Below, piece by piece: positions 53,620-64,000 of a stretch of 64,000 bases of DNA (positions within the stretch are counted from its first letter, which is position 1; every line of letters begins with the position of its first letter). This stretch comes from Eremomyces bilateralis CBS 781.70 (Eukaryota), in assembly GCA_010015585.1 (NCBI GenBank), contig ML975161.1, one strand, 5' to 3'. Under the pieces are notes generated by a model, which worked only from the letters and a program-made list of their open reading frames with translations, searched no databases and was not told the origin of the DNA. The position numbers and the translations under genes are program-made.

Positions 53620-55177
53620 TCCACTTGCTCCAGCTCTACCCTCCATTGGACTCGTGCTTCATCCTTGGGCTCCAACACTCGGTATCGACGCGACCACTGC
53701 CAATCTCGTCCCGAAACTCGTCCCGAAGCGCCCTCTGCATCCACCGGCTACGGACTGCGCTCCCTGCACGAGCAATCCTGCACGAGCGACCAAGTACATG
53801 ATTGCTTCTCCTAATGATTGAATCTTCCCATTGACAAGACACCCCTCCCTGCCACGGCAAATCCATTCAGCCCGCAACAGAACGTGGCTGTGCCAGAGGG
53901 CTAAGCTGGTCTCCAACCAATCCATTCAATTTCCCCAATTCGCAATCGAATCGTCAATCCTTCCAGCTCCTCAACATCTTCCCGTCCGGAAATTCTTTCC
54001 GTCGTTACATTATCTTTCCCAAGGACGTGGCCTCTTTTCCCCTTCACACGACGCAACTCCACGGTAAACTGCATTCGATCATTGGATTGTTTCTCTCCAC
54101 TACCTCCACTGAGTCCACTCGAATCCCCATCAGAGCCCCCCCAAAATCCCCCAAAGATCCCCTCAAGGCCCCAAAAGACAAGGCCACCGAACGAACCCGG
54201 CCCATCAAACAGGCCATCAACACACCCCAGCTTGGACGGCCTAGCTTCAACCCGCAAATCCCCAAACTTAGCAAAGACGGGATTCAGCTTTCCACGATCT
54301 TCAACTTCCATCGCCAACTCTTCTTTCCACCGTCCCACCGCGTTCTCCTTCCGCTGCGAGTTTTGCGTGCACGGCAAGGCTGAATTCCTCGCCGCGCGTT
54401 GTCCGCCGCCACCTTGGGAACCAGTGTGTGTCATCACCACGTGAAGGTGTAGAAACGAAGAATCCACCAAACGCAATCCGTTGAGCTGCGATCCCGAATC
54501 TTGACGCGGAAATCGAGACATTCCGGAACCAGGCGACTGACTTCTTCCCTCCATCTCCACCTCGAAGCGATCCATCGCCTTCGATCAACCAAACCCCTTT
54601 GTTGCATCGCCCTTTTCCCGCTCAGCGACCAGCTTATCGGATCCCACGACACCATCGCTCGGTGCCTCCGAATCCGTCGATTCCACAACGATCGGACCCG
54701 GCCCACGCGTGGATTCCTCGTACAAACCATCCGATTCCTGACGAAGGAACACGATAATTGCATTTCCGCAACCGTTACACTTGTACACGCGCACAGCTTT
54801 CAGGCACCTATTAATCAATCCAACCACGAATAATCGGTCGACGTTAGATAGTATCCATCGCACGACGCTTCTGCCTTGGACTTACCCCAGCACGCACGCT
54901 AGGGCAGCTGCCTTCTGGAAACTAAAATCGAACCACATCAGGGCCATCGACCACGATTCCTCGATCGAGTCCGCGCTCATCTGCATCATCCTGCTCTCGA
55001 GTCCTTCCCCGACTCCACCTCACTCCGCGTACCCACCTGGCGCCTATCCCGCCTATCTACCACCCACCCACCACACCGAGCGCGGAATCGCGGCTCGCGG
55101 CTCCATTCCGCGTCACCACCACGGCGTTGCCCCGCGACGGATCGACCGGGCGGCGAGCGCGGTAGCGAGCAGCCAGG

Positions 55178-56704
55178 ATGGGCGTGTGCATGTCATCAAT
55201 CAATGAGGAGGATCGCGAGCAGACGAAGCGGAGCAAGTTAATTGATCGGACGTTGGAGGATGATGCGCGGCGGTTGAAGAGGGAGTGTAAGATTTTGTTG
55301 TTAGGTATGTTGGGTTTATCTGCTTTTGAATGGTGGGGTTGAGGTCGTTGCGTTTGCTTCGTCGCGTAGCTGCAGCGATCTACCGGCTCTGCCTCGATCT
55401 ACCGGCTCTGTCTCTCCATCCACCCACCTCCCCATCCCGTCACTCCATCCACTAACCCCCCATAGGCTCCGGCGAATCCGGCAAATCCACCATCGTCAAA
55501 CAAATGAAAATCATCCACCAAGGCGGCTACCGCCCGGACGAACTGGTCATGTACCGGCTCACGATCTACAAGAACGTCGTCGACTGCGCCAAAGCGCTCA
55601 TCGGCGGCATGCGGCAGTTCAACATCCGCCCGGCCAACCCAGATAACGTGGAGTTCGCGGACTATTTGATGGAGTATGCGGTGGATCCGGATCCGGATCG
55701 GCCGCTGGATAAGAAGGTGGGGAGAGCGGTGGAGAGTTTGTGGGGGGATGGGCGGATGGGGGAGGTAATGGATCATTCGAGCGAGTTTTATTTGATGGAT
55801 AGTGCGCCGTAGTACGTTTTGCTCTTCTCCCTTCCCTCTCCTTTTTTCTCCTACTTGGTCTGCTCGAGCAGCTTTGTTGGGATCCAATAGAGCGAACGAC
55901 GATGACTGACTTTGTGTAGCTTCTTCGAGGAGGTCCATCGCATCTGCTCGCCGGAATACATCCCCACCGAATCCGACGTCCTGCGCGCGCGAACGAAGAC
56001 GACGGGAATCTACGAGACGCGGTTTAGCATGGGCCAGTTGAGTATCCAGTACGTTGCGCCTTGCACACCCATCTCTGATCACCTATCCTTCCATGGGCAT
56101 GAATCTTTCTATGAATATGATTTGAAAACTGTGAAACATCCAAGCTGACTGGCAACTCTTCAAACAGCATGTTCGACGTCGGCGGACAACGCAGCGAGCG
56201 CAAAAAATGGATCCATTGCTTCGAGAACGTCACGTCCATCATCTTCTGCGTGGCGTTGAGCGAGTACGATCAGGTGCTATTAGAGGAAAGCAGCCAGGTA
56301 CTTCCCCCCTCTCCCAAAACTCCATTCGCAACACCCCTCTCCGAAAATCCCACTAACTCCCACAGAACCGCATGATGGAATCCCTCGTTCTCTTCGACTC
56401 CGTCGTCAACTCCCGTTGGTTCATGCGTACCTCCATCATCCTCTTCCTCAACAAAGTCGACCTCTTCAAACAGAAGCTCGCCAAGAACCCGCTCGGTAAC
56501 TACTTCGCCGACTACTCTGGCGGCACCGACGTCAACCGTGCCGCAAAATATCTTTTGTGGCGCTTCAACCAGGTGAATCGGGCGCATTTGAATCTATATC
56601 CGCATCTGACGCAGGCGACGGATACGAGTAATATAAGGTTGGTATTCGCAGCGGTGAAGGAGACGATTTTGCAGAATGCGTTGAAGGATTCAGGGATTTT
56701 GTGA
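55178..56704 (+). CDS. GPA3: Heterotrimeric G-protein alpha subunit, group III (GanB/Gpa3/MagA type); exons 55178-55304, 55466-55811, 55920-56048, 56168-56297, 56366-56704
   Basis: N-terminal MGVCMS (myristoylation/palmitoylation), [68 protein letters not shown] and the group III C-terminus [14 protein letters not shown]. Confidence 0.97.
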
Positions 56705-56742
56705 TGGGGGATGTGAGTTGGATATGGTCGATGGTTTTGCCT

Positions 56743-56787
56743 CGACCGAACTGAAACGAAAACTCGACCGAACTGAAACCGAAAACG
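56743..56787 (+). repeat. Imperfect 21-bp direct repeat in the G-alpha 3' UTR
   Basis: tcgaccgaactgaaacgaaaac tcgaccgaactgaaaccgaaaac. Confidence 0.75.
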
Positions 56788-57835
56788 AATCGAGACAAGG
56801 ATGGGGGTCTCGATGCCCGATGCCGCAGCAGTGCTTTTGCGATCAGTATGATCGGATCGCGCGAAATCAGCGGGTTGGACGGGATGGGACGGGAATCCGA
56901 ACTCGCACCGACCGACTAGCCCTCACATACCCTACGACCTTCTTCCGCACGGCGTTGGGCATCTTTTCTTCGGATTCCATGCCTCGGACGTTCTGGGGCC
57001 GAGACCGCTAGCGCACTCGAGCAGCGGACGCAGTTCGACATGCGAGGACGTGGGCGCCGTGTGGGAAGATCGAGCGCGGCATGGAGTGGGAGAACACGTG
57101 GATCGCGCTGGCTGGCGGCCGGACGGTGCGCCGGAGTAGCGGATGAGCGGTGTTGAGCGACGCTGGAGCCGCTTGTCCGCACAATACCATTTGATGAGCC
57201 TGGAATCGGCGATGGTTCCGGGTAGCTTGCGGAGTTGAGGATGCATGGCGCTTCTGGACGAATGACTCCTTGGTTGGGGATTTCTGGCTAGCACCGGCGT
57301 TCGGATGGATGGCTTGGTTCCAATGTCGGTTGGCTGGGTTCTAACACTGGATGGCTGGGACGATGCTGCTAGGCATAGCGATGCCATTCTGGACGAGTGG
57401 TACCCCTTGGTTTGGGTTGGATGGATCGCGGGTAGACGGATGGGTTATTTGGTGGGGAGGGGGAAGGAGGAAGGAGGAAAAACACTAGAAGATGGATAGG
57501 ATAGCATAGGATAGTTCCAGATCGTTATTTCACAGATACGTGGATGAGTGACGGTGGGACGCTGGTTGATTTGATTTGATGGCATTGATTCATTTGCAGG
57601 ACTCGAACTATTTTTGGTCGGGGAAGTAGTATACAAAAGTTCGTGTGTCCATTCCGTCACATCACATCCCCAAGCCCTGAAGGTGTGGAGTACCGAACGA
57701 TATCCGGTGTCGGCCACTGAAGATATCCAGGTCTGTCTAGCGCTCGCCGTCGCGCATTCATCGCGCATTTCCCATCTGCCGAGCATTCTTCCATCCATCC
57801 GAGAAGTCCTTCGCCCATTCTTTCTCACCCAGACA

Positions 57836-59501
57836 CTACTCTTCCACGCTCCCCTCCTCCAAATCGAACCCTTCCCCTCCCACCACCCCTCCCTTCTCCT
57901 CCGTCCCCCACTCCACCAAAAACACCTGCCGTACCACACAATCCCTCAACACCGTCCCCTGCTCCCCCTTCGCCCTCCGCTCCTTCCCCTCCAACTTCGC
58001 TCGCCGCCCCACCACGCACCCGCTCAGCGTCACATTCGCCCCAACATCCACCCCATCCATCAACACGCACCGGAGCAGGCGTGCGCCTGGCCCGATACTG
58101 CAGTTCGCGCCCACCGCGCATTCTTTGACTGTGGCGTGCGCGCCGACGGTGACGTTGGCGTCGAGGAGGGTGGTGGGGAGATCGATGCGGGCATGGGGGT
58201 CGACGAGGTGGGGGTGGGTGATTTTGGCGGTGTGGGTGAGTGGAGAGGAGGAGGGGGGGAGGGCTGCGAGGTGGAGGGTAGTGAGGAGGAGGGTGGGGAC
58301 GGTGTCGATGCGGCGGAGGAGGGGGGCGGGGGGTGAAGGGGGGTGGAGGTAGGTGAGGAAGGGGGGAAGGAGGGAGCGGGAGGAGGAGGGGGAGGAGGGG
58401 ACGCGGGAGGCGAAGGCGGTGGAGAGAGTGGGAGGGTGGACGGACATGGTGCTGATCATGGACGCGATGTCGACGTCTGCGGTCCCGTTGTCCGCCGTGC
58501 TGCCGTTGGGCGTGGCGGCGTCGAAATACTCCTGCATCCCCAACTTCTCCGCCAACCCGTCTTGCCAGCTCGCCTTTGCCCACGCGCCGATCACGTCTTC
58601 CGACATCGACTCGAACGTCGCATTCCGCGCCATCAGCTCCTTCGCCCAGCGGGGGAAGAAATACACATGCGAGTCACGATACACCCGCTCGATGCGCGTC
58701 CGCCCAAACTCCTCGATCGCCTTGTTGCGGATCCGCAGCGCCCCGTGATTCGCCACCTCGTCGTCCAGCGTCGCGTTCGACTTTGCGTTCAGCAGCTGCT
58801 CCGTATTGTGCGCCAGCGACGCCGCATGCGGAAACACGACGGCCGGCCGCGCTATCGCGGCCGTCATGACGAAGTCCGTCTCCGCGCCCTTCGGCTTCTT
58901 CCTCTCGGCGTCAAGCACGCTGTACCAGAACCCCAGACCTCCCTGGCGTCCAGCACCGGCGCCCATGCCTGCCACCTCGGCTTGGAAGGTCATCCACGTC
59001 TCATAGGCGGCGAGGGGGTCGAGCTCGGTGAGGAGGTCGCAGGGGAGAACGAGGAAGTCGGAGTCGATAGCGGCCTGCACTTCGGGGAAGCGGAAGAGTT
59101 CGGCGGTGCCGATGATCTGTGCAGTGGAGGATTGGGCGAGGCCTGGGGGGGCGATGATATCGGGCTTTGGGGAGGGGAGGGAGGTGAGGTAGGGGTTTTG
59201 GTTAAGGGCATCGTCTAGCGCTTCGTGGGAATCGGGGGAGATGATGAGGGAGATTTCTAGGTGATGTTAGTAACGCTGTACTCAATAGTTCAATTGCAGC
59301 GCCAGCATGCAGCCTTCACTTACCCGTGATGCCCATTCGGTAGCAGAAATCCAACGGATACCACACCATCGGGCGGTTCGCGATGGGGAGCAGCGCTTTC
59401 GGGCCGTCTTTCGGGTTGGCGCAGAAGGTCTCGAAGCCACTTCCGGGGCCGCAGAGAATGAAGGCCTTGAAGGCCGGAGCCGGGAGATTGGCATGCGGCA
59501 T
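57836..59501 (-). CDS. GCD1: Translation initiation factor eIF2B gamma subunit; exons 59501-59324 and 59256-57836
   Basis: FKAFILCGPGSG...PKALLPIANRPMVWYPLDFCYRMGIT, GTAELFRFPEVQAAIDSDFLVLPCDL, YRDSHVYFFPRW, SMSEDVIGAWAKASWQDGL, RRIDT and a C-terminal hexapeptide beta-helix. An in-frame upstream ATG at 59570 is an alternative start. Confidence 0.93.
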
Positions 59502-60089
59502 GGTGGTGTATCCTGGGATGGTTTGGAGGATCCTCTCTATCCGTTGTTTTTCGGTTCGTAGAGTCGACATGATGGAATTGGAATTATGACTCGATTAAGG
59601 CAATAAGGCGGCAATAAGGCGACCACTTCGGGGTTAGTGCGGAGTTAAGTAATCGTAAGGCGACAAGGCGAGAAAGCTGTAAGATATCCAGTTTGTGGTG
59701 TTTTGTTTCGTTTTTGGTGGAGCTGAGTCAGGCATCAACTTTGAGGCATCACATGACCTCCTAGGCTGAAAATCAACAGCGTATCACACGTATACCACAT
59801 TACGATCACCTGAACGTGGTTACATTCTGTGGTGTTCTGCTCTGGACGGACAAAATAATTCATTACTGCTCTTCTTGAGTGCAATTTACTCCTTTAAACA
59901 ATGCGACGGCAGATTCACCTCCGTTTTGGGCGGTTTGTGACACCGTGTTCTGTGGTAAATCTGCATCCAATCAGAGCACCCTCTAACTCTGCGGATATGG
60001 ATCCTTGTCCAGGCAACAAGGCTTTGCCCACCTCCAGTTTGAGACCCACCTCCGTGGCTCGATGCGGCTCCGCCTGTGTCCTCACAGCT

Positions 60090-60700
60090 GGCAAGATATT
60101 GTAGAATAGACTGGATATTACAAATGATCGATTTTCTTTGGCGTTGTGGAGATATCTGTCTTTGAAGGGGTTATATGTGACCTGCAATTCGGGCTATCTA
60201 GCTTGCTTTGCCTCTAATTCTCTCCAGATGTTAGTTATACGATAATAGGCAAGACTGTCGGCATATCTAGATTCGGAGCACACATAATGCCATCTGGGTG
60301 TGGGTTATGTGGTCCAGTTGCTTCGATGGGTTGCGGCTGGCCAGATAATCATCGGGAGGAGAGACCTACCGTCTGCAGATATACATTCGGTCGCTGTTAC
60401 CATCGTCCGCTTATCACCCGCGCCTCTGTAGTTTCGCGAGTCCTTCTTACTTACAAGGACTTTGACGGAACCGAGCATGCACAACATGACTCCCGTCTCG
60501 TCCATATTGTACACATTCTCTGGCAGAATGACCGGATCTTGTAATTCCTTTCCGATTACTTCAAACCATTGTATGCTCTTATCGTATACGTTGTTATCGT
60601 GACGATTCCAATCCGCCGCCTTGACTTTTCTTGAGCTGAGTTCCGGATGGCGTTTCTTGAAGGCCTTGGGCCAGTTCTTGCCTGGGGTATGGAAGGGGCA
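60090..60700 (-). mobile_element. Degenerate, internally deleted pogo/Fot1-family (Tc1/mariner, DDE_1) transposase remnant
   Basis: PGKNWPKAFKKRHPELSSRKVKAADWNRHDNN...WFEVIGKELQDPVILPENVYNMDETGVML...KVLV...RTMVTATECISADGRSLLPMIIWPAATHRSNWTT. It then jumps to downstream fragments with stops; the L..DG..TH core was not found. Confidence 0.9.
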
Positions 60701-62111
60701 TGATATGATATTATGTGATAAAGCTCTGAATTAAAAATATCCCGAAAAAAGAGACTCAAACCGAAAAGAAACCAAGAATGTCCCGGTGAAACGACTAACC
60801 CGCCCACCTGCCCCGAACCATGTGAATGTATGCGAGTTGTGGAAGCACTGGAAAAGAAATGCATATCATGCATGCCTTACCAGGCACCTACGATCAGGAA
60901 CGACCAGACCAGACTGACCAAAATCGACCAGACTTTGACCAGACCAAGGGAGATTGGTCCTGATCGCAAGGATCACTTCTGACTGGAAATTGGAATAATC
61001 ATCTGAATAACAGGATGATCATGGGCGATCATGAACGATCGTCGATCATGGACTTATGAGAAATGGGGAATGCGGGGGGTACATCGTGTTTATCATCGTC
61101 GAAGTCTTCGCCCGTTTAACTTCACGTTCAACTCAAATGAGTTACTTTCGGCTACATAGCTCTGGTTGTGAATTGATACCTTCCTCTATCCCCACCTCTG
61201 CCAGCTTGTAAGCTTCTACCCGGAACCTGCTCACCCTCTCCAAGAGATCTAAACCCATGTGACATGCCTCACAACGTACCCCACAAGCGAGTGGTCAATA
61301 CGAGCGAGCGGTCAGCCCCAGCCAAACCAAACCACTTCAATTACAGATATCTCTACAGCGCCCTAATTATATGAAATTCCGATAGAAACCTCATATGTAG
61401 TAACTGGACGACCTGGAAGACATGTTTGAGCCCGATGTCCTGGCTAACGGGTGTTTCGTGGTTAAGTTTAAACGCTCGCTTGTATTGACCACCCGCTTGT
61501 GGATTACATTATCCAACTTAGACCACAACACATCCGAAGCACGCTTAGTGGTGCAAATCTCGGCCATTTTATAAAGCAGGAGTGGAGGTTTCATTAAACT
61601 ATTCCGCATTTGATTCTCTTCCAAGGTGTTCGTCGCTTCGAGCTTGTCCGGTTCAGGCCCGGGGGGAGATTTGGGAGCAGAGCGGTGAACCATGCTTTCA
61701 CAAGACTTCTGAAGGTGCCAGGCTAAAACGCCGAGCTGCACTGACCGGAGACCGAAGAGACAGTGGCATCGTGAGTATCCGGATGATGAACAAATAACCA
61801 GCAGGCAACGCTCCCACCCGGTTCTGATTGATTTGACGGCGGCCTCGAATACGAGCGCTCGTACGGTGTAAGTGAGGCTCAATTCAGTATAGTTAGAATC
61901 AAGCCATGCCTCGTATTCTTCCGACTGGGCCCTGATGCGGCAGGCCGCTAGGAACGGAATCAGAAGAGGGGAAGGGAAGAGACAAATGGTGGCCAGCAAG
62001 CAAAAACAGAAGTATAAAATAGGAAACACTCGCCCAAATACTACTATTTCTCCAATTCGCCTTCCTCTCATCTACATTATCTCCTTTCCCCTCACGATCT
62101 ACAACGTCATC

Positions 62112-62480
62112 ATGTCTTCTCAGGGTCTTTTCCCTGTTCTTGTGGCCTTTGCCGGCAACTCCCAATCCCATGAGGTGATACTTATTGATGAAAAAACCGA
62201 GTCCTTCAACGCACTCGCCACCCATGTGTACGCCCACCTAGGCCCTCATATCGACGATGAGTACCGTCCGAACGGACAAGAACGCCATATCACCAAGATG
62301 TGGGTGCAATGGAACCAAGTGAAGACGAACGAATTCCCCCTCAAAACGTATTTCTCAGACACCAATATCGGTGCGCTCCTGCACCTTTTGGCTGCTCGAG
62401 GCGGCGTCGATAAGGTCTATGCATGGCTCAATGAAATTGACGACCCGGAAGAAGAATATGACGACCCGGAAGAAGAATAG
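62112..62480 (+). CDS. Hypothetical protein, 122 aa, acidic tail
   Basis: ATCATCATGTCT start context after a pyrimidine-rich leader, upstream TATAAAA (~62012), globular-looking composition and C-ending codons. A GT-AG intron directly follows the stop. Confidence 0.65.
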   Translation: MSSQGLFPVLVAFAGNSQSHEVILIDEKTESFNALATHVYAHLGPHIDDEYRPNGQERHITKMWVQWNQVKTNEFPLKTYFSDTNIGALLHLLAARGGVDKVYAWLNEIDDPEEEYDDPEEE

Positions 62481-64000
62481 GTATGCATCCGTTCTTCATG
62501 TCTCTCATGGTGGTAGTTTACTAAGCTTTTGTTAGAATGCTCTGTCCCTAGGCACTGCAGGATGTTGTGAGCTGGTATCGGAGATACCTCACGTGGGATT
62601 AGATCTCTTAGAGAGCGTGCAAGGCGAGCAGATGATCATAGACGAAGATGTCAATTCACAACTCGAGCTATGAGTCGAAGATAGCTTTCAAGTTTCAACC
62701 TCAATTGCTCGACGAGCCACCCCCACCCATCCATCTGCAGCTGCGGGCGCTGGGATCTCAGGACACGTCCGTCTTCTGTCCGGACGCCCGCATGCTCGCG
62801 AAACCGTGATCGCGATTCGTGACCGCCATCGCAGGTTTTCGTATTAAGTCGTGTCGTCGATCCATCGTCCCAATATCAACGTCCTGCGACTGAACTTTTC
62901 ATGATGTTAGATTGCTTCATCACGGGAGATAGCCGCTTTCGGGTTAGAGAATCAATCGTGAAAATTAATTGGAGGGGGAATTGGACTACCGGGTGCCCGG
63001 GCTTGGCGGGTTCCCTGTCGATTTGGTGCTAACGTGCCCCGCAGTGGCGGCTCGACCAGCCACAGCGAAGGGGCCTGGCACAGGGGGTGGACGCGGCGGA
63101 ACCGCAGCACCTGAGCCGAGGCCGCTAGGGAAGTGTTGAATAGTAGTACGGAATAGTAGTGTGACTGAATCACGTTCCGCCGCCAATTCCGTTGCTCCTT
63201 CCAACCGTGATGAGAGGCTGTTCCGCCACTGCGTTGCGCTTGCGGATAGAGGGCGTGTTGGTATCGGTTTCCACTCATTGTGAAGATGATAGTTTTGAGA
63301 GTTTGGTATCTTGACGCTTTGTGGTTGTTCGTATGCGGTTCACCAACTCGAGTTGGTTTGCGTTGGGGGGCGGAAGGAGGATAGGGTTTCGCCTGCTTCT
63401 CACCAAACAGGAGAACGCCTACACAGTAAGCGTATCCCCCCAAAGACAGCTCTGCTTTGGCTCGGACGGTGTATATTGTCTCTGCATACAATATGACCGT
63501 CAGGTTCCCGGGCCTCACCAACGTGGAGGTACAGAGTCTGCTTTCAGATGCCCGTATAATACTATATAGCCACCTTATATATTAACCTAAGATCGTCGGT
63601 CTTCACCCATCGCCGATCAGTATGAAGCAGAGAAGCAGAGACGAAACTGAACGATTGTTGGCCTATTTAATAGGCAACCAGCGTAAGCGCTGAAAATACT
63701 TCCATTCATGTTACGCTAGGTCGCTGAACGAACGCTGAGAACTCGCTACAGTCTTTGGACAAAATAATAATCGGAAAAGCAAAGGCTAATGAAAGCTACC
63801 TGCTCGCTTTCCAACTTCCGACTCCTGCTGTGGCAAGCTGGGGGCTCACGATCCCTTAAGTCCTTCTGTGCTTCCTGGAGTGTCTTCTTCATATCGGAAT
63901 AGAGGGTCGGATCGGGCTTCCTCCGCCTCCTACCACCTGGAAATACAACCCTCCGCACTCGATTCACGCAAGGAATCAGTGGCTGATAGTACGGCGTGAA

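Noticed and set aside
53282..53821. ORFs with IFIFIF/IPIPIP or poly-Ser runs
   Set aside because: Translations of the hexanucleotide microsatellite.
60901..61050. GACCAGA and GATC-rich short repeats as a possible array
   Set aside because: Irregular low-complexity repeats without constant unit or spacer length; CRISPR is not plausible in fungal nuclear DNA.
61391..62071. 226-aa minus-strand ORF with a hydrophobic N-terminus
   Set aside because: Overlaps the promoter of the better-supported 62112 gene; no family motif recognised.

Overview
Eukaryotic (filamentous ascomycete, probably Dothideomycete-like) genomic DNA with short GT-AG introns and CTAAC/CTGAC branch sites. Intact genes, with exons resolved by reading splice signals: MTC6-like membrane protein (-), FlbD-type Myb transcription factor (-), O-GlcNAc transferase (-), SEC62 (+), a 98-aa small protein (-), a GCP6-type gamma-tubulin complex subunit (+), an unusually divergent HOG1/SakA MAPK (+), IDH2 (-), SEC5 (+), a group III G-alpha (+), eIF2B-gamma/GCD1 (-) and a 122-aa hypothetical protein (+). 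Decayed material: a probable DNMT5-type SNF2/RING relic (18.1-21.1 kb), a HET-domain pseudogene (39.2-40.2 kb) and a pogo/Fot1 transposase remnant (60.1-60.7 kb). About 13 kb upstream of the Myb gene has no convincing gene. The best unexplained signals are a multi-branched RNA structure in IDH2 intron 2, the DNMT5-like relic, alternating C-rich/G-rich blocks inside coding exons, and clusters of a TGCCT/AGGCA motif in several promoters. All homology calls come from recognising motifs by eye; no database search was run.
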